Assembly: GCA_002329325.1 (NCBI GenBank)
Contig: DCTX01000078.1
Span: 4,198-68,197 of the forward strand
Origin: Anaerolineales bacterium UBA1429
Lineage (GTDB): Bacteria; Chloroflexota; Anaerolineae; UBA1429
DNA length: 64,000 nt
Direction: 5' to 3'
Positions 42,386-51,528 of this stretch are shown here, piece after piece. Each line of letters begins with the position of its first letter. Positions within the stretch are counted from its first letter, which is position 1. Below the pieces are notes generated by a model, which worked only from the letters and a program-made list of their open reading frames with translations, had not been told where the DNA came from and did no database searches. Made by a program: the position numbers and the translations under genes.

Positions 42386-42997
42386 ATGGACGATGCACAG
42401 CTTCTTCCCGCCTGGGCGCCCCGCGTGCCCCAGGCCCTGATCCGCAGGCTCTACGAGACCGACGCCCAGGGCATCTATGACGAGGAGCTCCTGGATGAGG
42501 TCGGCTATGCGTTGCTGGCCAGGTGCCAGAGCTTTATCGAGGCCAACGAGGCCCGGGCAGGCCGCGTGCGCTGCCCCCGCTGCAGCGCCGAGATCACCCG
42601 TACCTGGAAGGAGCAGGAGATCCTGCGCTGCGACTGCGGCTGGGCTCTGCCCTGGCGCGATTACTTTGCCACCATCCAGCACGCGCAGCTCAGCGGCGCC
42701 GAGCCCGTCCTCGAGCAGTTCCGCGCCTATGTGGCGGGCTTTCCCCTGGCCCGCACCCCGGGCGAGCGCATGATCGCCATCGATCGCCTGATCCACGGCT
42801 TTCACTGGTATCTCAAGATCAACAGCCCCACACGCCCTGTGGCCGTCAATCTGATCGAGGGCCGTATGCGTCGGGTGATTGCTTTTCTCGACCGGCTGAC
42901 GTACAGTGGCCAGAGTACTCCTGGCCTGCGAGAGAACTATGACCAGTGGGACCAACTGCTGGCCGTGCACCCCGAATGGTACCCCGGGCGAAAGTAG
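42386..42997 (+). CDS. Hypothetical protein with CPRC...CDC zinc-ribbon-like motif
   Basis: Start moved to MDDAQ (ATG 42386) after GGAGGCG. RVRCPRCSAEITRTWKEQEILRCDCGW. No family recognised. Confidence 0.55.
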   Translation: MDDAQLLPAWAPRVPQALIRRLYETDAQGIYDEELLDEVGYALLARCQSFIEANEARAGRVRCPRCSAEITRTWKEQEILRCDCGWALPWRDYFATIQHAQLSGAEPVLEQFRAYVAGFPLARTPGERMIAIDRLIHGFHWYLKINSPTRPVAVNLIEGRMRRVIAFLDRLTYSGQSTPGLRENYDQWDQLLAVHPEWYPGRK

Positions 42998-43063
42998 GTC
43001 AACGTGGGCCCCGCGCCTCTGCCCGAGAGCGCAGGGGCGCGGGGCAGCGCAAGGAGCCTTGGC

Positions 43064-43882
43064 ATGAGCACAGGATACGTACACGGCTACGATGCGGCCG
43101 AAGCCCAAAGGCTGCAGGATCAGGCGCATACCCTGGTGGATCTGTTGCATGGCGATACGGCCTATCCCAGGGGGCACACGATCCTGGAGGCCGGCTGTGG
43201 GGTGGGCGCTCAAACGGTCACCCTGGCGCAGAACAGCCCCGGGGCCCACATCGTCTCCGTGGATCTCTCGCTGACCTCCGCCGCCGAGGCCCGGCGCGTG
43301 GTGCAGGCGGCCGGCCTGCGCAACGTGGCCGTCTGCCAGGCCGACATCTTGAGCCTCCCCTTTCCGCCGGAATCGCTCGACCACGTCTTTGTGTGTTTTG
43401 TGCTGGAGCACCTGGCTCGCCCGATCGAGGCCTTGCGGGCCCTGGGGCGGGTCCTCAAGGTTGGCGGCACCATCACGGTGATCGAGGGCGATCACGGCTC
43501 CGCCTATTTCTATCCGGATAGCGCCTCTGCCCGAAGGGCGATCGGGTGCCAGATCGAGCTGCAGGCGCGGGCCGGCGGCAACGCCCTGGTCGGCCGCACG
43601 CTCTATCCCCTGCTCCGAGAGGCCGGTTTCGATGCCGTGCACGTCTCGCCGCGCATGGTCTATGCCGATGCCAGCAGGCCCGGCCTCGTGGATGGCTTTA
43701 TCCGCAAGACCTTTAACGCCATGATCGAAGGCGTCAGGGAGCCCTCCATCGCCGCCGGGCTCGTGGAGGCGAAGGACTTTGACAGGGGCGTGGCCGATCT
43801 GCACCGCACGACCGAGGCGGACGGCGTCTTTTGCTATACCTTCTTCAAGGCCGTCGGGCGCAGAGGATCGGCCACCCCATAA
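43064..43882 (+). CDS. Class I SAM-dependent methyltransferase
   Basis: ATG 43064 follows [18 protein letters not shown] (motif I), VDLS and [11 protein letters not shown]. Confidence 0.8.
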   Translation: MSTGYVHGYDAAEAQRLQDQAHTLVDLLHGDTAYPRGHTILEAGCGVGAQTVTLAQNSPGAHIVSVDLSLTSAAEARRVVQAAGLRNVAVCQADILSLPFPPESLDHVFVCFVLEHLARPIEALRALGRVLKVGGTITVIEGDHGSAYFYPDSASARRAIGCQIELQARAGGNALVGRTLYPLLREAGFDAVHVSPRMVYADASRPGLVDGFIRKTFNAMIEGVREPSIAAGLVEAKDFDRGVADLHRTTEADGVFCYTFFKAVGRRGSATP

Positions 43883-43970
43883 GGGCGGCGGACCCCGGCG
43901 CTGCCCGGCGGTAATTGCGCGGGCATCCCCCCCATGCTATATTCGTGCCTCACAGAGGGGAGAGACGAAG

Positions 43971-44591
43971 ATGCCTTTGCTGATCGCTACGTACAATCGC
44001 GGCAAGCTGGCCGAATACGCCGAGCTGCTACGCGAGGTGCCCGTGGAGCTCGTCAGCCTGGCCGATCTGGGGATAGAGCTGGAGGTGGCGGAGACGGGGG
44101 CCACCTTTGCCGAGAACGCCTTGCTCAAGGCCCGCGCCTTTTGCGATGCCACGGGATTGGTCACCGTGGCGGACGACTCAGGGCTGGAGGTGGATGCCCT
44201 GCAGGGCGCGCCCGGCGTCTATTCGGCTCGCTACGCCGGTCCTGGTGCCAGCGATGAGGATCGCTACCGCAAGCTCCTGGAGGAGCTGGAGGATATTCCC
44301 CGCAGCGAGCGCACGGCCCGCTTTCGCTGCGTCATCGCCATCGCCTGGCCCGACGGGCGCCGCGCCCTGACCGAGGGCGCCATCGAGGGCGAGATCGCCT
44401 GCGCCCCCAGGGGCGAGCATGGTTTTGGCTATGACCCCGTGTTCTACCTGCCCGATCGGGGCTGCACCATGGCCGAGCTGCCGCCGGAGATCAAGAACCA
44501 GATCAGTCACCGGGCTGTGGCGGCGCGGGCGTTGGCCGCCCTGCTGGCGCGCTGCTCAGAGACAAACGGCCGCCCGGCGCCCTCCGACTGA
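43971..44591 (+). CDS. rdgB: Non-canonical purine NTP pyrophosphatase (RdgB/HAM1 family)
   Basis: [14 protein letters not shown]...[14 protein letters not shown]...[21 protein letters not shown]...GFGYDPVF...KNQISHR. Confidence 0.9.
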   Translation: MPLLIATYNRGKLAEYAELLREVPVELVSLADLGIELEVAETGATFAENALLKARAFCDATGLVTVADDSGLEVDALQGAPGVYSARYAGPGASDEDRYRKLLEELEDIPRSERTARFRCVIAIAWPDGRRALTEGAIEGEIACAPRGEHGFGYDPVFYLPDRGCTMAELPPEIKNQISHRAVAARALAALLARCSETNGRPAPSD

Positions 44592-44632
44592 GCGGCGCCG
44601 AGCGGCCCCAGCAAGCCACTGACGTTGCCTCG

Positions 44633-45280
44633 CTAGCGTGTCTCGCGGATATCCACCAGCTCGGCCCCCAGGTCCTCGACGATACCCATCATCTGCTCGC
44701 GGGTGATCCCCTGAACCTTGAAGGCGATCTGGCGGCTGGTCGGATCGTCGCCCCAGAAGGTGCCCAGGCTCACGATATCGGCGTCATAGGCAGAGATGGC
44801 CTGGGTGAGCTTGGCGAGCACGCCCCGCCCCTCCCGCACCTGAATGGTCACCCGCAGGCCCCACTCGCGCGCCCCCAAGAGCTCCAGAAAGACCTTGAAC
44901 AGGTCGCTCTCGGTGATCATGCCCACCAGCCGCCCATCGCGCATGACGGGTAGCCCGCCGATCTGGTTGTCCGTCATGATGCGGGCTGCCTCCTCGAGGG
45001 GGCAATCCTCGGCGATGGTAATTACATCCCGTGTCATCAAGCTCTCGATGGTGATCTTGGACATGAGATAGTTGAGCTCGTACACGCTCAGGCTGGTCGC
45101 TGGCGAGGGGGACGCGTACAGGAGGTCTCTCTCCAGCACGATGCCGATCAGCTCATTATCGCGGTTGAGAACGGGCAAGCGCCTGACCTTCTCTTCGCGC
45201 ATGATCCGCAGAGCATCATGAAGCGATGTTTCGGGCCGAATGGTGATGGGATGACGCGACATCCGTTCCTTGACCAGCAT
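44633..45280 (-). CDS. CBS-pair plus ACT-like domain protein (AcuB-like)
   Basis: Start moved to MLVKERMSRHPITI (45280) after GGGAGGGAG. Two CBS repeats (RRLPVLN..., GGLPVMRDGRLVGMITESDL) and a C-terminal ACT-like segment. Confidence 0.8.
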   Translation of the reverse strand: MLVKERMSRHPITIRPETSLHDALRIMREEKVRRLPVLNRDNELIGIVLERDLLYASPSPATSLSVYELNYLMSKITIESLMTRDVITIAEDCPLEEAARIMTDNQIGGLPVMRDGRLVGMITESDLFKVFLELLGAREWGLRVTIQVREGRGVLAKLTQAISAYDADIVSLGTFWGDDPTSRQIAFKVQGITREQMMGIVEDLGAELVDIRETR

Positions 45281-45470
45281 CAGACTCCCTCCTACCCTGA
45301 AACAAGACCGTTGCCCTCTTGCCATGCCCGCCGCGCTGGCCCCCGGGCCGCAGGCTCGGCGGGATGCGTATCTTCTCGGACACACCTATTATAGCGAACC
45401 GCTGGGCTCATGTCGAGAGCCATCAGGGCCACAGCCTGGGGGCAGGGGCGCGGACCCGGCGCAAGAGGTT

Positions 45471-45497
45471 TTGTCGCCTTTGGTTCTGTGGTATAAT
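45471..45497 (+). promoter_or_regulatory. Candidate extended -10 promoter for the mre operon
   Basis: TGgTATAAT at 45489-45497, with TTGTCG 15 nt upstream. Confidence 0.4.
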
Positions 45498-45535
45498 CGC
45501 GCGCGTAAAGACCCGCTCCTAAGGAAGGCACGACC

Positions 45536-46615
45536 TTGTTCAAACCGCTGAGCGCCCTGCTAGGCTTGTTCTCCCGCGATATCGGCATTGACCTGGGCAC
45601 TGCCACAACCCTCGTCATTGTGCAAGGCCAGGGCATCGTGATCAATGAGCCTTCGGTGGTGGCCGTGGATGCGAGCACCAAGAGGCCCCTGGCCATCGGC
45701 GCCGAGGCCAAGGAGATGGTGGGGCGCACGCCGGGCAACATCATCGCCATTCGCCCCCTGCGCGATGGCGTGATCTCGGATTTCGATATCACCGAGCGCA
45801 TGCTGCACTACTTTATCCACAAAGTGCACGAGCGATCGCGTTTCTTCAACCCCAGCCCTCGTGTGGTGGTCGGTATTCCCAGCGGCTGCACCGAGGTGGA
45901 AAAGCGCGCCGTCCATGATGCGGCCCTCAGCGCCGGCGCCCGCGAGGCCTACCTCGTCGAGGAGCCGATGGCCGCCGCCGTTGGGGCAGGGCTGCCCGTG
46001 AGCGACTCGGTGGGCAGCATGGTGGTGGATATCGGCGGCGGCACCACAGAGGTCGCCGTCATCTCGTTGGGGGGCATCGTCGTGAGCCGCTCGATTCGCG
46101 TGGCTGGCGATGAAATGGATGAGGAGATCATCCAGTACGCCCGTCAGAAGTACAACCTGCTGATCGGCGAGCGCATGGCCGAGCGCACCAAGATCGCTAT
46201 CGGCTCGGCCTATCCCCTGCCCGAGGAGCAGATGATTACCATCCGGGGGCGCAATCTGATCACGGGGCTGCCCGAGGCGACCGAGGTGAGCAGCGTCGAG
46301 ATTCGCGAGGCCCTCTCTGGCCCCGTGAATGTCATCGTCGAAGCGGTGCGGGCCACGCTGGATGAGACGCCGCCCGAGCTGGTGGCCGATCTGATGGAGC
46401 AAGGGATCGTGCTGGCAGGAGGGAGTTCCCAGCTACAGGGCCTGCCCGAGCGCTTGTCCGATGAATGTCACATGCGCGTCTATCGGGCGGAGGATCCCGT
46501 CACCTGCGTGGTGCGGGGCGCAGGCGTGATCGTCCAGGATATGGATCGCTATCACAAGGTGCTCGCCAGCACTCAGCGCGACAGCATCTCTCAGGCTCGG
46601 CGCTCGCAAGTATAG
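45536..46615 (+). CDS. mreB: Rod shape-determining protein MreB
   Basis: TTG start after AAGGAAGG. DIGIDLGTATTLV, NEPSVVA, VVDIGGGTTEVAVISLGG and GIVLAGGSSQLQGL. Confidence 0.95.
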   Translation: MFKPLSALLGLFSRDIGIDLGTATTLVIVQGQGIVINEPSVVAVDASTKRPLAIGAEAKEMVGRTPGNIIAIRPLRDGVISDFDITERMLHYFIHKVHERSRFFNPSPRVVVGIPSGCTEVEKRAVHDAALSAGAREAYLVEEPMAAAVGAGLPVSDSVGSMVVDIGGGTTEVAVISLGGIVVSRSIRVAGDEMDEEIIQYARQKYNLLIGERMAERTKIAIGSAYPLPEEQMITIRGRNLITGLPEATEVSSVEIREALSGPVNVIVEAVRATLDETPPELVADLMEQGIVLAGGSSQLQGLPERLSDECHMRVYRAEDPVTCVVRGAGVIVQDMDRYHKVLASTQRDSISQARRSQV

Positions 46616-46633
46616 GCGCGCCTCCGGGATGGT

Positions 46634-47467
46634 ATGCCGGTGAAAGCTCCGCGCCAGTGGGCTCTGGTCGTCATCCTGGCCTTGCTGCTCGTCCTGGCCT
46701 GGCTGGTGTTCGACAGCCTTGGCCCGCCCAACCCATTGCGAGATAGCCTGTCGCAGATCATCTCTCCCCTGCAGTTGGTCACCAAGCGCGCGTGGGAGCC
46801 CGTCTCGGGGCTGTTCGCCAGGCTACGGAGCGCCTCCGAGCTACAGCGGGAGAACGAGGCCTTGCGGGCCGAGAACGCCCAGTTGCGCAACCAGGTGATC
46901 CTGTTGCACGAGGCCCAGATCGAGAACGAGAACCTGCGCCGGCAGTTGGGCTTCAAGAGCGCGGTGCCCAACTACCAGCTCCTTTCCGCCGAGGTCATCG
47001 GCCGCGACCCGGGCAACTATCTCCAGTATCTGACCATTGATCGCGGCGCCGAGGATGGCCTGGCCCGGGGGATGCCGGTGCTCACCGATGCGGGCCTAGT
47101 GGGGCGCATCAGCCAGGTGAGCCGAAACGCCTCGCAGGTCATGCTGCTCACGGACCCCTCGTCTTCGGTGAGCGCCTTTATCCAGCGTTCGCGGGCCACC
47201 GGGGTCGTGCAGGGGCATCTCGGCTCGGAGCTCGTCATGCGCTACATCCCCCAATCCGAGACCGTGGTGGTAGGCGACGTGATCCTGACCTCTGGCCTGG
47301 GCGGCAATTTCCCCAAGCGCCTGGTGATCGGCCAGGTGATAGAGGTTCGCCGCGACGATGTCGAGATGTTCCAGGAGGCCGTCATTGCGCCTTCTGTCGC
47401 CCTGCGGGATCTCGAATCGGTGATGGTGTTGCTCAACTTTGATCCGGTCGAACTGCCGGAGGAGTGA
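46634..47467 (+). CDS. mreC: Rod shape-determining protein MreC
   Basis: N-terminal TM, coiled coil (LQRENEALRAENAQLRNQ) and the beta-barrel region GMPVLTDAGLVGRISQVS...SGLGGNFPKRLVIG. Confidence 0.9.
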   Translation: MPVKAPRQWALVVILALLLVLAWLVFDSLGPPNPLRDSLSQIISPLQLVTKRAWEPVSGLFARLRSASELQRENEALRAENAQLRNQVILLHEAQIENENLRRQLGFKSAVPNYQLLSAEVIGRDPGNYLQYLTIDRGAEDGLARGMPVLTDAGLVGRISQVSRNASQVMLLTDPSSSVSAFIQRSRATGVVQGHLGSELVMRYIPQSETVVVGDVILTSGLGGNFPKRLVIGQVIEVRRDDVEMFQEAVIAPSVALRDLESVMVLLNFDPVELPEE

Positions 47468-48012
47468 GGGTGTTCTCCGAACGAGAGGGGCGCCCGATCC
47501 GGGCGGTGGCGATTGGGCTCTACCTGGGCGTGCCCTTGGCGCTCCTGGTGGCCCTGGCGCAGACAGCGCTGGTGGGCGACATTCGGCTTCTGGGGGTCAA
47601 GCCCAATCTGCTCCTTCTCTTCACCGTTTCATGGGTGCTGTTCTGTGGCATCAGACAGGGGTTGTTGCTGGCGATGATCGGGGGCATCGTGCTGGAGGTG
47701 AACTCGGGCGCCGCCTTTGGCTCCACGCTGTTGGCGCTCTCCGCTGCCACCCTCGTCGCGGGGCTGGGCGAGATCAACGCCTTTCGGGGGGCATGGTTCC
47801 TCAAGTACCTGGCGATCCTGGGGGGCACCCTGGTCTATGGCCTGGTATTCGTGGCCATGTTGAGCGCCACGGGGCACCAGGCGCCTCTGGGCGCCACCCT
47901 GGGGCGCGTCATCCTGCCCGAGATGGCCGTGCACGCGCTCCTCATGGCGCCCGTCTATGGTATCCTGCACGAGATCACCCGACGTCTCGAGCCCAGGACG
48001 GTGGAGCTGTGA
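47464..48012 (+). CDS. mreD: Rod shape-determining protein MreD
   Basis: 182-aa polytopic membrane protein directly overlapping the mreC stop and preceding mrdA. The assignment rests on position and hydrophobicity. Confidence 0.7.
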   Translation: MRVFSEREGRPIRAVAIGLYLGVPLALLVALAQTALVGDIRLLGVKPNLLLLFTVSWVLFCGIRQGLLLAMIGGIVLEVNSGAAFGSTLLALSAATLVAGLGEINAFRGAWFLKYLAILGGTLVYGLVFVAMLSATGHQAPLGATLGRVILPEMAVHALLMAPVYGILHEITRRLEPRTVEL

Positions 48013-48016
48013 CGAG

Positions 48017-49939
48017 ATGAGCACGCTGTACGCACGGCTGCGCACCCTCTTTTTCCGTATGATGGTGGTGCTGTGCTTTGCCCTGATCGGCTTTCGCCTG
48101 TGGGACCTGCAGGTGGTCTCATCGGAGCAGTACCTGGATGCCGCCGACCGCAACCGGTATCGCCTGGTGCCCGTTGACGCCCCTCGCGGCGTCATATATG
48201 ATCGCGTGGGGCGCTTGTTGGTGCGCAACGTGCCGGGTTTCTGCGTCAGCATCGTGCCTGGCGACCTGCCCAGGGAGGAAGAGGAGCGCCGGCTCGTCCT
48301 GGAGCGGCTGGGCGAGTTGCTGGGGATGCCCGTGGATTCCGAGAGCCCCCAGGGCATCGAGCAGATCCTGCAGGAGAACACCGTCGGTACGTACTCGCCG
48401 GTGCCCATCGCCACGCAGGTGGACCGCCAGATCGCCTTTATCATCGAGGAGCAGCATCTGGATCTGCCCGGCGTGGTGGTTTCGGCGGAGCCGCAGCGCT
48501 ACTACTATGACGCGCCCCTGATGGCCCACATCATCGGCTACATGGGGCGCATCAACAGCGCCGAGCTGGAGGAGTATATCGAGAAGGGCTATGCGCCGGA
48601 TGATCCCGTGGGCGTGGCGGGGATCGAGCGCACGCAGGAGGCGATCCTGGCGGGCGTCAAGGGGCAGAAGCATGTAGAGGTGAATGTCTTTGGCCGCGAG
48701 ACGGCCGTCATCTCCGAGCAGCCCCCCGAGCCGGGCCATAGCATCTACCTTACCATCGATACGGAGTTTCAGCGCGCTGTGGAGGAGGCCTTGCGCAAGG
48801 GCATGGAGGCGGCCGACTCCGAGGTGGGCGTCGCCATCGCCATGGACCCGCGCACCGGCGAGATCCTGGCCATGGTCTCGCTGCCGACCTTTGACAACAA
48901 TCTCTTTTCGGGCGGCATCTCCTTTGAGGACTTCGTGGCCCTCAACGAGGATCCGCGGCACCCCTTGGTCAATCACGCCGTGAGCGGCCAGTATCCGCCG
49001 GGCTCCACCTTCAAGATCGTGCCCGCCGCGGCCCTCCTGCAAGAGGGGGTGGTGACCACCTCGACAACCTTTGAGTGTCGCGGCACGATGTTGTTGCCCA
49101 ACCGCTACTTTCCTGACGACATGAGCCAGGCGCAGCCCTTTTACTGCTGGAGCAAGGTGGGGCACGGCCGCATCAATCTGGTGACGGCTATCGCCCAATC
49201 CTGCGATATCTACTTTTACCAGGCTACGGGTGGGTTCATGGATTTCCAGGGCCTGGGCATCGAGCGGCTGGGCCAGTACGCCCGCATGTTTGGCTTTGGC
49301 GAGCCGACGGGCGTGGAGCTTTCGGGCGAGGCGTCTGGCCTGGTGCCCAGCGACCGGTGGAAGCGCCAGGTCTATGGCGAGAGCTGGTACACGGGCGACA
49401 CGTACAACGCCTCCATCGGGCAGGGTTTTGTGCTTGCCACCCCCTTGCAGCTCTTGAACGCCACCGCCGCCATCGCGAACCGGGGGACGCTCTATCGCCC
49501 CCAAATCATTGCCCAGGTGGTGGATAGCGAGGGCAACGTGGTCAGCACGCTGGAGCCGGACCCGATTCGCAAGCTGCAGATCTCGCCGGAGAACATCGAG
49601 GTGGTGCGGCGGGGCATGCGGCTGGCGGTGACCGGCGGCACGGCCTGGCGCGTGAACCTGCCCGAGATCGAGGTCGCCGCCAAGACGGGCACCGCCGAGT
49701 ACACCAAGCTGGACGAGCACGGCCAGGTGGTCATGGACGAGTTCGGTTACCTGCCCACCCATGCCTGGTTCACGGCCTTTGCGCCCTATGACGATCCCGA
49801 GATCGTCATAGGGATCTTCCTGGACAATGGCGGAGAGGGGTCCCAGACGGCAGCGCCCGTGGGCGAGGAGATCCTGCGGGCCTACTTTGGCATACCCCGG
49901 CCCGAGGCGCCCGATGCCCCGGTCGAGGCGGAGCCATAA
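48017..49939 (+). CDS. mrdA: Penicillin-binding protein 2 (elongasome transpeptidase)
   Basis: Start moved to MSTLYARL (48017). PRGVIYDRVGRLL, SGQYPPGSTFK (SxxK), SIGQG (SxN-like) and KTGTAE (KTG). Confidence 0.9.
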   Translation: MSTLYARLRTLFFRMMVVLCFALIGFRLWDLQVVSSEQYLDAADRNRYRLVPVDAPRGVIYDRVGRLLVRNVPGFCVSIVPGDLPREEEERRLVLERLGELLGMPVDSESPQGIEQILQENTVGTYSPVPIATQVDRQIAFIIEEQHLDLPGVVVSAEPQRYYYDAPLMAHIIGYMGRINSAELEEYIEKGYAPDDPVGVAGIERTQEAILAGVKGQKHVEVNVFGRETAVISEQPPEPGHSIYLTIDTEFQRAVEEALRKGMEAADSEVGVAIAMDPRTGEILAMVSLPTFDNNLFSGGISFEDFVALNEDPRHPLVNHAVSGQYPPGSTFKIVPAAALLQEGVVTTSTTFECRGTMLLPNRYFPDDMSQAQPFYCWSKVGHGRINLVTAIAQSCDIYFYQATGGFMDFQGLGIERLGQYARMFGFGEPTGVELSGEASGLVPSDRWKRQVYGESWYTGDTYNASIGQGFVLATPLQLLNATAAIANRGTLYRPQIIAQVVDSEGNVVSTLEPDPIRKLQISPENIEVVRRGMRLAVTGGTAWRVNLPEIEVAAKTGTAEYTKLDEHGQVVMDEFGYLPTHAWFTAFAPYDDPEIVIGIFLDNGGEGSQTAAPVGEEILRAYFGIPRPEAPDAPVEAEP

Positions 49940-49953
49940 GAGGCGGTGCGTTG

Positions 49954-50703
49954 ATGGATGGTTCGATCTCAATCAAAGGGACGCGCGAAGGCCTGACCAT
50001 CACGTTGGGCTCTGGCGACCTGCAGCAGATCCATGAGGACCTGGCCCGGCACCTCAAGGTGCAGGGGGCCTTCTTCCGAGGGGGGCTGGTGGCCCTGGAT
50101 CTGGGGCAGAGGGCCGTGGATGCGCAGCAGATCGCGTCGTTTCGAGAGCTGTTGGCCCAACACACGATGGTGTTGCGCACCATCGTGGCCGCCAACGTCG
50201 CCACGCTGCAGGCCGCCGAGGAGCTGGGGCTGCGCACCATCGCCGCCGGACAGCCTGCGCCAGCAGAGCCGCCCGCCTCGGAGCCCAGGCCTGAGCCGCC
50301 CCCACAGGCGCCCCCGGAAACGCTGGCGCGGCGAGAGACGATCTCTCGGGCCGGCGAGCGCGGGCTCATCGTGCGGAGGCGCCTGCGGGCCGGCCAGGTC
50401 CTGCGCCACACGGGCAGTGTGCTCCTGATCGGCGACGTGAACGTCGGCGCCGAGATCATCGCCGGGGGCGATGTGGTGGTCTGGGGGAGGTTGCGGGGCA
50501 CCGTGCACGCCGGCTATCCGGATAACGCCTCCGCTGTGGTGTGCGCGCTGGATCTCTCGCCGCTGCAATTGCGCTTGGGCGGCCTGATCGCGCGTCCCGA
50601 GGAAGCTGCCGGCGGCCGCGAAACGGCCTATCCCGAGGTGGCCTACGCCCGCGAAGGCGCGATCGTCGTGGAGCGCTGGTCCGGCATACGCTGGGAGGAC
50701 TAG
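49954..50703 (+). CDS. minC: Septum site-determining protein MinC
   Basis: ISIKGTREGLTI at the N-terminus. The C-terminal beta-helix is LRAGQVLRHTGSVLLIGDVNVGAEIIAGGDVVVWGRLRGTVHAG. Confidence 0.85.
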   Translation: MDGSISIKGTREGLTITLGSGDLQQIHEDLARHLKVQGAFFRGGLVALDLGQRAVDAQQIASFRELLAQHTMVLRTIVAANVATLQAAEELGLRTIAAGQPAPAEPPASEPRPEPPPQAPPETLARRETISRAGERGLIVRRRLRAGQVLRHTGSVLLIGDVNVGAEIIAGGDVVVWGRLRGTVHAGYPDNASAVVCALDLSPLQLRLGGLIARPEEAAGGRETAYPEVAYAREGAIVVERWSGIRWED

Positions 50704-50704
50704 A

Positions 50705-51511
50705 TTGACGCCAACGCGAGTGATCACCATCACCTCCGGCAAGGGCGGGGTCGGCAAGACCACCACCACTGCCAACCTGGGCGTGGCTCTGGGCAAGTTG
50801 GGGCAGCGCGTCGTGGTGATAGATACCGATATCGGCCTGCGCAACCTGGATGTGGTGATGGGCCTGCAGAACCGGATCATCTATGACATCGTGGATCTGG
50901 TGGAGGGGCGCTGCCGGCTGCGCCAGGCGCTCATCCGCGATCGGCAGGTGGAGGAGCTCTATCTCCTGCCGGCAGCCCAGACCCGCGACAAGTCGGCCGT
51001 CAGTCCCTCGGACATGGTGCGCATCTGCGACCAACTGCGCGGCGATTGCGATTTCGTGCTCATTGATTCGCCCGCCGGCATCGAGCTGGGCTTTCGCAAC
51101 GCCATCGCCGCTGCTGACGAGTTCGTCCTGGTGGCTACCCCCGATACCTCGGCGGTGCAGGATGTGGACCGGGTGCTGGGGATCCTGGAGGATCAGGGGC
51201 GCTCGCAGTACAGCCTCGTCATCAACCGGGTTCGGCCGGAGCTGGTGCGCCGCAAGCTGATGGCCAGCCCCGATCAGGTGCTAGAGACCCTGGCCATCCG
51301 GCTCCTCGGCGTCGTGCCCGAGGCCGAGGACGTGATCATCTCCAACGGCACGGGGGTTCCCGTGGCTCACGATGAGCGCTCCCTGATCGGGCAGGCGTAC
51401 CGGAATATCGCGCGACGATTGCTGGGCCAAGAGGTGCCCCTGAGCCCGTTGCTGACAGGGCGCAGAAGCCTTTGGAGCAAGCTCGGCTTCCTGCGGCTCT
51501 TTCGCTCCTAG
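50705..51511 (+). CDS. minD: Septum site-determining ATPase MinD
   Basis: ITITSGKGGVGKTTTTANLG (deviant Walker A) and DTDIGLRNLD. The C-terminus is amphipathic (LWSKLGFLRLF). The start is uncertain (TTG 50705). Confidence 0.95.
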   Translation: MTPTRVITITSGKGGVGKTTTTANLGVALGKLGQRVVVIDTDIGLRNLDVVMGLQNRIIYDIVDLVEGRCRLRQALIRDRQVEELYLLPAAQTRDKSAVSPSDMVRICDQLRGDCDFVLIDSPAGIELGFRNAIAAADEFVLVATPDTSAVQDVDRVLGILEDQGRSQYSLVINRVRPELVRRKLMASPDQVLETLAIRLLGVVPEAEDVIISNGTGVPVAHDERSLIGQAYRNIARRLLGQEVPLSPLLTGRRSLWSKLGFLRLFRS

Positions 51512-51528
51512 ATTGATGCATACCTGAC

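Noticed and set aside
41987-43804. 605-aa minus-strand ORF across the NHLP-like, Zn-ribbon and methyltransferase genes
   Set aside because: It has shadow-ORF composition. The plus-strand genes each have an RBS and recognisable motifs, and the region contains a plus-strand terminator.
51512-51528. Search for a hidden minE between minD and rodA
   Set aside because: Only 17 nt are available. No small ORF with a MinE-like sequence lies nearby on either strand.
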